Below are positions 55,269-56,665 of a stretch of 56,665 bases of DNA, in pieces. Origin of the DNA: Chloroflexota bacterium (GTDB lineage Bacteria; Chloroflexota; UBA6077; SHYK01); assembly GCA_016844585.1 (NCBI GenBank), contig JAERMM010000006.1, forward strand, positions 1-56,665, in the 5' to 3' direction. Positions within the stretch are counted from its first letter, which is position 1, and each line of letters starts with the position of its first letter. The position numbers were made by a program, and so were the translations under genes. Below the pieces are notes generated by a model. It was given only the letters and a program-made list of their open reading frames with translations, did no database searches and was not told the DNA's origin.

Positions 55269-55907
55269 ATGCCGCCTGCCGACAAGGTCATTCGCTGGCC
55301 TGATTCACCCGAGGAACAGCGAGCCGTAACGGCGCTTGCAGCGCGCGTGCTCGCCGACGGCGGTCTCGTGGTCTACCCAACCGACACCGTCTACGGGCTT
55401 GGCGCCGATCCCTCCAACGCGAGGTCACTCCAGCGGATCTTCGTGGTCAAGGGGCGACCCGATGAAAAGGCCATCATCTGGCTTGTGGAGTCGACCGCGA
55501 TGGCGAGGCGCTGGTGCACAGTCGACGCGCGTGCAGAACGCCTGACAGCCCGCTATTGGCCGGGGGGACTCACCCTTGTACTTCGGCGCATTGATCCGCG
55601 CAGCGGCGGACTTCCCACCCTGGGCGTACGCGTGCCGGCTCACCCGGCGGCGCTCGCGATCATTCACGCGGCCGGCGGTGCCGTCGCGACGACGAGCGCA
55701 AACCGCTCGGGCGAGCCAAGCGCACGCACCGCCTCGGAGGCCGCCGCCGCGATCGGCGCTGGAGTCGACCTGATTGTTGACGGCGGGCCAAGCCAGGTCG
55801 GGGCCGAATCAACGGTGCTGGACCTGACAGTTGATCCGCCCGCTATCCTCCGGGCCGGGGCTGTTGACAGCGCCGAGGCGTTGTTTCTGTGCTCCTCGAT
55901 CGAATAG
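55269..55907 (+). CDS. tsaC: L-threonylcarbamoyladenylate synthase (YrdC/TsaC type, single domain)
   Basis: VVYPTDTVYGLGADP, VKGRPDEKAI, and TTSANRSGEPS. Confidence 0.85.
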   Translation: MPPADKVIRWPDSPEEQRAVTALAARVLADGGLVVYPTDTVYGLGADPSNARSLQRIFVVKGRPDEKAIIWLVESTAMARRWCTVDARAERLTARYWPGGLTLVLRRIDPRSGGLPTLGVRVPAHPAALAIIHAAGGAVATTSANRSGEPSARTASEAAAAIGAGVDLIVDGGPSQVGAESTVLDLTVDPPAILRAGAVDSAEALFLCSSIE

Positions 55908-56066
55908 GCACGAATCGAGAAAAAGATGTCCGTGACGACCGTGACGACCGTGACAACCTTTGGCTGGGCTACAGTCGGACATAAGACAACGACGGCGTCA
56001 CAAAGCCGAACGTGAGCCAGGAAGTCCGCCGGGAATCGTTATGTCGCGCAGACTGAGATCGGAACT

Positions 56067-56665
56067 CTACAGTCGGTTTAGGACGCCGTCCAGGATATCG
56101 ACCGCTTCGTCGACTTCCTCCTGGCTCACGATGAGCGGCGGCACAAATCGGAGGATGCGTGAGGACAGCGCGTTCGCGATCAACCCATCCTCACGCATGC
56201 GATCGAGAACGTCGCGCGCGATCTCGTCGTGGAACTCGAGGCCGACGAGTAGTCCGCGGCCACGAATCTCACGAATGGTGGCGTGCCGCGCCATCAGGTC
56301 GTTCAGCCGCGCCATGAAGTAGTCCCCGACAACCGCTACGTGATCGACGAGCCCGAGCCGCTCAATCTCCCGCTGCACGGCCAGGGCAACAGATGTCGCC
56401 AGCGGGTTGCCACCAAAGGTCGAAGCATGATCGCCCGGAGTGAATACCGCGCAATGCTCCTTCGCTAGGGTCGCCCCGATTGGGAACCCGCTCCCGAGGC
56501 CCTTGGCAAGCGTCATGATGTCGTGCTCGATCCCCCATTGCGTATGAGCCCAGAGCGTCCCGGTACGTCCAACCCCGGTCTGCACTTCGTCGAGGATGAG
56601 CAGCATATTTCGCTCGTCGCAGAGCTGCCTCACATCGGCCAGATATCGATCCGATGGTGGGTGGA
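56067..56665 (-). CDS. Class-III pyridoxal-phosphate aminotransferase (acetylornithine/ornithine/GABA type), 5' end outside the window
   Basis: LILDEVQTGVGRTG, IMTLAKGLGSGFPIGA and TFGGNPLA. The reading frame is open to the window edge. Confidence 0.85.
   Translation of the reverse strand, partial: HPPSDRYLADVRQLCDERNMLLILDEVQTGVGRTGTLWAHTQWGIEHDIMTLAKGLGSGFPIGATLAKEHCAVFTPGDHASTFGGNPLATSVALAVQREIERLGLVDHVAVVGDYFMARLNDLMARHATIREIRGRGLLVGLEFHDEIARDVLDRMREDGLIANALSSRILRFVPPLIVSQEEVDEAVDILDGVLNRL

Noticed and set aside
55941-55967. Tandem CGTGACGAC-CGTGACGAC-CGTGACAAC, considered as a CRISPR or VNTR-like array.
   Set aside because: There are only three 9-bp units without spacers, in a convergent intergenic gap. 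No cas genes or further repeats were found.

Overview
High-GC bacterial chromosomal window, densely coding on both strands: about 55 protein genes, 2 tRNAs, 1 tRNA fragment and 1 SRP RNA. The left half carries housekeeping and metabolic genes: a Rieske oxygenase, two orphan family-5 solute-binding lipoproteins, ispE-rsmA, a DtxR-type regulator, rpoD, chdC/hemQ, a DEAD-box helicase, moeA, korAB, an IscA-type protein, pcm, MoxR-DUF58-DUF4129, birA, a LysR regulator and a CNNM protein. The right half is a dcw division/cell-wall cluster, mraZ-rsmH-ftsL-ftsI-murF-mraY-murD-ftsW-murC-murB-ftsQ-ftsA-ftsZ, with no murE, murG or ddl. It is followed by yggS-yggT, an oppositely oriented DUF167 gene, and hisS-prfA-prmC-tsaC. 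ChdC, a long Bacillus-type SRP RNA, Uma2 and an MshA-like GT plus LmbE deacetylase suggest a monoderm-type lineage such as Chloroflexota or a relative; this is inference only. The main observations are: (1) a perfect 99-bp inverted repeat brackets the divergent 5' ends of hisS and the DUF167 gene, so both genes encode the same 32 residues. hisS also lacks about 13 codons exactly at the repeat edge. (2) A 26-bp duplication of the tRNA-Ser 3' end, with matching arm motifs, bounds a 1.6-kb integrase-less remnant element carrying a BrnTA-like module. (3) A genomically encoded tRNA-Ile has a UAU anticodon. (4) MurC has an in-frame loss of about 25 N-terminal-domain residues. (5) An orphan coxM-like gene is decaying by frameshifts. 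No CRISPR array, transposase, integrase or recognisable defence system was seen.
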